From an uncultured Methanosarcinaceae archaeon (lineage in GTDB: Archaea > Halobacteriota > Methanosarcinia > Methanosarcinales > Methanosarcinaceae), in NCBI GenBank assembly GCA_963833425.1, contig CAWHXP010000018.1, positions 1 through 64,000 of the forward strand: 64,000 nt of DNA. Reading direction: 5' to 3'. Under the pieces are notes generated by a model, which was not told the origin of the DNA, made no database searches, and saw only the letters and a program-made list of their open reading frames with translations. Below are positions 56,389-64,000 of the stretch, one piece after another. Within the stretch, counting starts at the first letter, position 1; each line of letters begins with the position of its first letter. Made by a program: the position numbers and the translations under genes.

Positions 56389-57039
56389 GCTTTTAGGAAT
56401 AAAACTCATTTTGCTTACTTTGCAAAGACAAGCTTATGTAGAGTAAAAAATAAAGCGTAAAATCCAGCATCCAAAGAATTATTGCCAAAGTAGATATATT
56501 TCTATAAGCCCGTACTTCATAAAGGTTCATTTTTCCATAATCTGCGCCTGCATTTATTTACATATGTAGTGAAAAAGCCTCCAGATGCCCTTTAAAGTAC
56601 ATAATCTAGAATATAGTTAGAACAGAATTTAAGTAAATCAATTCTCTTGACGATGTATTACAACCTCTCAAGAATATATAAATACAAAGATCAATGGTTA
56701 ATTAATAGACATATTTATAAAATTTGGAGTATGATAGTCAACAAGAATTCGTTAAATCAGTCACAAGACAATAGAAGCTGTAACTTGTGAAACATTCATG
56801 CGTACCATCTCAAAAACTAAACATTGGAGAGCTTATCCGATCGAATGAAAAAAATATAACTATTCAGCCTCGGCAAAAAAAAATATCAATAGCCATCTTT
56901 ACTAAGATTCAATAAGCAAATTAAGATGAGCTTATTTCCGTTAATTATCAACTATTAATAATGTATTTTATTTTCCTATCAGTAATCAGAATTATCTAAT
57001 GCATCAAAATAGATTATTCCAACTAATTTGGGTAGGCTG

Positions 57040-57825
57040 AATAGTTAGTTTCATCATAATCATTTTATTGTCCTTCAAAGTATCCCCTATCCCTGTAAAC
57101 TATTTCATTCTTTTTTAATAAATTCGTCTGAAAATCATTAAGCTATGTAGTTGTTGTTTTGAATCTTCTGATAAGCTCATAATCCCTGTCTATTTTTCTA
57201 TGAATTTTATATCCAAAGTGTGACTTAATGATTTTTTTTTTACTTATGCTCAATCGATTTTTATTTTGTTTTGCTTTATTTTCCCGAGGTTTATCCACTT
57301 TTGCATGGCTAAGATCTAACTGGATAAAGGTAGCATTCCTAATAATTCCCGTTTTTATTTTCAAATCAAGGTAATCAAGTTGTTTTTGCAACTGTCTCTA
57401 TATTCCTTTTTCCTTACAGTTATCAATATTTTTTCCTCAAAATGAATGCCTATGGTACTATCTGGTATCTACCCAGGGAAACCAAGAAATATTCTGAAAA
57501 AAATTAAATCAATACATTGTTTTTCAAGTTTAAATCAGAAAGACCACACAATTGTTATAAAAAAATCATTTTGAACTTAATGATTACTTCAGCTTTAGAG
57601 CTGCCTAAGTAACTGTTTTGCTAGAATATATGGACTCAACAAATGATACGAACAGATTTCCAATCAATTAAGAAACCAATTCCTGTAATTTTGTTTTTAA
57701 TTAACTGAAGAAGTTTGTATTTCTCTTTAAGAGCAAAATCAATAAAATTTTCCATGAGTAAAAATTATTTTTGGTAGATTTAAATTATATAGTACTGAAA
57801 TGCACAGGAATTCATCGAAATTCTC
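57040..57825 (-). pseudogene. IS5-family element remnant
   Basis: LKIKTGIIRNATFI, SHFGYKIH, DYELIRRFKTTT; its end sequence TTCATCGAAATTCTC resembles the MITE TIR. Confidence 0.75.
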
Positions 57826-58066
57826 ACAAATTAATTACATTTCTAAAAATCGATTTTCAAAAGATGTTTAACACGCTTAAGTCACTCAAAATTCTATAAT
57901 TATGGAAACAATAAAAAATGCCCCGAAATTCCCTTTTCACCCTTATTTTCTGTGCTTTCCGTATTTTTACCCCTAAGTTAGAGTTATTAAAGGATTATAT
58001 AAATGCATTCTACTCATGTTATAAAGTATGATTTTTATTTTAGGGACTATAATTTAAAATGAGGTA

Positions 58067-58252
58067 GCGTTCTCATCACAAAAAAAGATGAGTTTTAGAA
58101 GATATTCAATAGATTCACTTTGTTTTAGTGGGGAAAGTGGTACTAAATTATTTTTGATTTATGAATTTCGAACTTCTCTTTCGATCTCTTAACTGTGGAG
58201 TAGTATTCTGTGAGGTGCTGCTTGCCAATGGGTTTTAAAGAGATGAGAACGC
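58067..58252. repeat. 186-bp segment bounded by an 11-bp perfect inverted repeat (possible second MITE type)
   Basis: GCGTTCTCATC (58067-58077) and GATGAGAACGC (58242-58252). Confidence 0.4.
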
Positions 58253-58431
58253 AATTTATACTACGCAGTCATTATAATATAATATTTTAAACATTTAATA
58301 TTGTTGTACCATTCTCTCGTTAATATACCTAGCTAATCTAATTTACGTGTATAGTGTTGTATCATCATATTAGTTATAGATTTAAAACTCTAGAGATATC
58401 AAGGCACAGTAATCAAATCAGACAACTTTAA

Positions 58432-58528
58432 TATAGAGGATTTCGATAAACCTCACTTTTTAGTAGGTAGTTTATAAATAGTATATAAATAACTCGTGAA
58501 AATCAGAGGTTTATCGAAATCCTCTATA
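58432..58528. mobile_element. Best-preserved MITE copy, 23-bp perfect inverted repeat
   Basis: TATAGAGGATTTCGATAAACCTC / GAGGTTTATCGAAATCCTCTATA. Confidence 0.9.
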
Positions 58529-58899
58529 ATTAATCTTGTTCCATTCAAAAAAGATTCTCAGCTAATAAATTTTGGTAGGTAAATATTTTGCAAGCTGAAA
58601 AGATTGCTAATAGACTCTTTGCGAATAATTTTAAACCTTTATGAAACTTTCTAAAAATTGAAAAACAGATGATATTGACCTGATTCACGAAAAATTATAT
58701 AAATATATATCAGTCAAAAAGCAGGCTGGAAATAAGGAGATACAAATCAATGGAATCCATAATACATTTAACAGTAGTCTAAAAGTGCTAAAGATAGATA
58801 TACAATAATTTTATTATGGGAATTTTATATTCACAAAAGCTACATTTTGAAAAAAAAGCTGTAGAAAACTTTATATCTCATTTCTTTTTTTAAGTAATC

Positions 58900-60084
58900 A
58901 TGATACTACATGTTCCTCATATTCTTCTTCCAAATAATAACTTGGAAAAATGGGCAGTAATTGCTTGTGATCAACATACTCAGGATATAGAATACTGGAA
59001 AAGGGTTGAGGAATTTGTCGGGAACGAGCCTTCAACTTTTAATCTTATTTGTCCGGAAATATATCTTCCTCTTGATGATGAAAGATTGAATAAAATTCAT
59101 AAAGCTAGTCAGGATTATAAAAAAATTCTTGTTGATCATGGATCCTGTTTTATTCTAGTAAAGCGTTCCGTTTCCAGCGGAGAAAGAACTGGCCTTGTAG
59201 TTGCAATTGATTTGGATGAATATGAATTTGATGGATCTAATTCATTTATCCGACCAACTGAAGGAACAATTAAAGAAAGGCTTCCTGCAAGAATCAAGAT
59301 CAGAGAAAACGCTGAGTTAGAGCTTTCCCACATTTTAGTATTATATAATGATCCAGATTTTTCAGTTATTCCCAAAGATACAAAAGATACTATTTATGAA
59401 GCCAATAAAATTTATGATTTTGATCTAATGGAAAAAGGTGGCCATATAGTCGGCTATAAGATATGCGACGAAAAAATAATTAAAGAAATTTCCTATAAAG
59501 TTAATAATTTTGGAATGTTTCTTGTTGGTGATGGAAATCACAGCCTTGCTGCAGCAAAAAATTTTTGGGAAAAAATAAAAGGAATTGTCTCTAACCTCCA
59601 TCCTGCAAGATACGCATTAGTAGAACTTGTTAATATCTATGATCCAGGTCTTTCATTTGAACCAATTCACAGGGTTGTAATGGGAATTAAGCCTGATGAA
59701 CTACTAAAAAAATTCAATGCGAGGATTATAGAATCTCCAACCTGTCACACATACGATAATTCTTCAGTTGATAGCCATTCAATTGGATATATTACAAAAA
59801 ACAAATTTGGTAGGCTTATTTTAAATACCATAGGTTGTGATCTGGAGGTTGAAATTCTTGATGCGGTAATTGATAATTGCTCTATTGAATATGAGCATGA
59901 TCCTGAAATTGTGGAAAAGATTGGGAAAAAACAAGGTAATATTGGTTTCTTCCTACCACCCTTAAAAAAGAGCGAATTTTTTTCTCTTATAATAAAGAAA
60001 GGGATCCTTCCGAGAAAATCATTTTCGATTGGAAAGGAAAATGAGAAAAGATATTATGTAGAGGCTAGAAAAATAATTTTATAA
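58900..60084 (+). CDS. DUF1015 family protein
   Basis: KWAVIACDQ, IRPTEGT, VGDGNHSLAAAK, FEPIHR, LPRKSFSIG. Confidence 0.85.
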   Translation: MILHVPHILLPNNNLEKWAVIACDQHTQDIEYWKRVEEFVGNEPSTFNLICPEIYLPLDDERLNKIHKASQDYKKILVDHGSCFILVKRSVSSGERTGLVVAIDLDEYEFDGSNSFIRPTEGTIKERLPARIKIRENAELELSHILVLYNDPDFSVIPKDTKDTIYEANKIYDFDLMEKGGHIVGYKICDEKIIKEISYKVNNFGMFLVGDGNHSLAAAKNFWEKIKGIVSNLHPARYALVELVNIYDPGLSFEPIHRVVMGIKPDELLKKFNARIIESPTCHTYDNSSVDSHSIGYITKNKFGRLILNTIGCDLEVEILDAVIDNCSIEYEHDPEIVEKIGKKQGNIGFFLPPLKKSEFFSLIIKKGILPRKSFSIGKENEKRYYVEARKIIL

Positions 60085-60929
60085 TTGATCCCACAACTTT
60101 TTTCAAAAATCAATTCAATAATTTTATCCAATATTTTATCTCCACTTAATATAGTTTCACCAATTTATCATCCTTAGTATAATGGATCCAAGAATTCTAT
60201 TTGATATAGTCAACTCACGAATTAATTACACTTTTTATTTCAGTAGAATATCCAATAGCATGCTGAGGGATGGGAACTCCCCCAAGAAACACTATTAATT
60301 AATGGATTTATTTTTTAGACTACTTTTGTACTATAAAACAAAATTATAGATGATTCAAATTTACCTCTAATTTTTTTTCATGGGAATCCAGTTCAGAATC
60401 TTTCTCTAATTAATGTATTTACGTAGTTATCTACTTATTTATTTGAGATATTCTTCTTTGGTACATTATTCCTCGATTTTAAAGATAGTTTCGCTATCTG
60501 TAAGAATATCCCTCTTTTTAAATGTTATCATTTAGTAGAAATTATAACACAAAAACAGTACACAAAATCTTCAAATTCACTCTTGAACAGTGATGACAAT
60601 AATTTTTCCTGCTTTGAAGATCTTTTCAATTACTGCATACAGCTTCACTTTTTCTCTTTTTGAGCCAATAATCTTCTAGATTTATCACTAATTTCCCGAT
60701 AATGCTCTTTTCTATTTTTTTCATTGTTGCATTAGAACATTTTGATTTTACTCCAGAGCATTCTTCGTCCATATAAACCACTACATTTTTTCTGATAAAT
60801 CTACCTAATTAATAAAGTAATATACTAGTTATTGAATTTCTGATTGGATCATAATCACTTTCATTATGCTATGAAATTTACACCCTAAGTGACGTACCAC
60901 CTGAATATCACCCTTTTTTTGTCAAGGTT

Positions 60930-61400
60930 AGATCTTTACTTCGCCTTATTTTTGATTTATTTTCTTGATTGCCAGCTTTTGCATGCCCCATATCTGAATG
61001 AATAAAGGTAGTATCTTGAAGCATTATCTGTTTTATTTTCAAACTAAGGCAATTAAATTCACTTTGCAACTGCTGTTATATTTTTTCGTCTTTGCAGTTA
61101 TCAATAATATTTTAATGGATTCCCATTTTGGTACTGTCGAGTGTGTACTCAGGAAAACCAAGAAATTTCCTAAAAGAAATTCGATCAATGCATTGTTTAT
61201 CAAGGTCAAGGTCGGAAAGATACTTAACACTACTGTAAAATAAGCATTTTAAAAATAATTATTATTTCAGCTTCGGATCTTTCTCAGAAAATTGTTTGTT
61301 AAAATATAGCGACTCAAATAAAATACGAAAAAATTTAGATCAATTAAGGAATAAATTTCAGCAAGCATGTATCCACCTGACTGAGAGAGTGTGGATCCTT
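60930..61400 (-). pseudogene. IS5-family transposase remnant
   Basis: Reverse complement is homologous to 57040-57825 (IDRISFRKFLGFPEY-like segment). Confidence 0.65.
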
Positions 61401-62661
61401 ACTTAAGATCAGAACCGTTAAAAATATTTAGTTAAAGATTTAACATAATAGATTTTAATTAGTTATAATTAGTTGCATTGGAATATATGTTTATTACAAA
61501 AAATATTTATAAATAGATCACATTCTTTCAAATTCATCGCAGATTATTGGAATATTTCATAAATTTAGCTGACTCGTAATCTTAATATCAAAATAGCAGC
61601 TAAAAATGAATACAAGATGCTACAGGGACTTGACTGTATCACAAGAAAATGCAATGAATTGAGATGCTTTTCCTTGACATGAAGTAAGAACGCGAAAATA
61701 AAAGTATTCCAAATATTAGATATATATTGTAAAATACATGTATACATATAAAGGATTGGACAAACTTGGGTCAGCTAGAACCAAAACAGAATGCTTAAAA
61801 AACATCTAATAATTTAAAGAAATGTTATTGATGATCCCAGCATCTGTAATCCTTGCAGGTAAGCCAAATGTAGGATCGGAAAATAAATTTTGGAAATGAT
61901 TGGATTCTTTTTAAAATTTTGCAGGCAAGATGTTGCCATAGGGAAATTTTTCTCCAGGCAAAAGACTTTATAGACTTGGTCAGGAGAATTACAAGAATTA
62001 TTTGTGAAGTTTTGAGCGCAGAAGAATTGGTGAGGAGGGCAAAGTAAACCAAATAGTAAAAAACTTATGTCGAATCAAAAACGGAGTCCAAATCCACGCA
62101 GAAATAGAAAATCGAAAGGAGAAAATTTAGAAAAATTATTGCAGTGGAAATCAAGGGGTGTTTTTTTTTAGAAGAAAATATTTCTCAAAAAATAAAGAAT
62201 AGGAACAAGAGGGAATCTGAATTAAAATTTCAGAGGATTTTGATGAACACCTAAATTTGGTCATATGCTATAAATTGCATATAAGAATATGAGAAAATTA
62301 AAATTTACTTAGTAAAAAAAATTAAACCGTTTTTGCAACTCAATACAGGACTTTCTGAACAAAATGAAAAAAATTATGGGTGCTACAGTCATTATTTCAG
62401 GAGCATCTGCCGTAGCAACTTACAAAAATGTATCGAAATTACTCAAGCAAAAATCGATCGTTTCACTACGCTTTGTAAAGACGGTATGGACTAGGAAGTA
62501 TTTCCAGAATGTCTGTTTGGCAAAGCGCCTAAACTAACGACTATCATCAATTTCTCAGGACATATATTGAAGTGGTAATATATTATATCGCAAGACGCAG
62601 AAATGAAAAAGAAGTTTACAAGACCAGTTACAGAGGATTTCTGTAGCCCGTCTTTTGAAGT

Positions 62662-64000
<1,339 letters not shown>

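Overview
Archaeal chromosome window, most likely Methanosarcina/Methanosarcinaceae (inferred from gene content and protein style). Intact core blocks: DUF2150-UPF0179-egsA; purP-like; eif2g-PIN-rpoE1-spt4-DUF359-rps24e-rps27ae; SRP RNA plus tRNA-Ser(GCU); DUF711/ACT; a split glutamate synthase with an FrhB-like subunit; radical SAM; dUTPase; DUF1015; rps10 and aEF-1A. These are separated by AT-rich decaying DNA full of IS remnants and an ~90-bp MITE family. The main result is a ~17.1-kb integrated element (749-17877) whose ends can be read from the sequence. A 13-bp direct repeat (GTTGGTTCTGAAC) flanks 21-bp terminal inverted repeats and splits an IS200 tnpA remnant, and an uninterrupted paralogous copy of that remnant lies at ~29250-29660. 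The element encodes a Zn-ribbon tyrosine recombinase, divergent wHTH/AbrB regulators, an unknown 190-aa protein coupled to an intact family A DNA polymerase (unusual in archaea, with no recognisable primase or helicase), 22-bp iteron-like repeats, a wHTH Rep-like protein and a TerS-like protein. Its bacterial-like cargo includes two oleate hydratases and a canonical-looking integron attC site. A second decayed island (~31.4-42.7 kb) holds a TPR-CHAT protease pseudogene, an intact dinB and a broken integrase. Family assignments are from recalled motifs; no searches were run.
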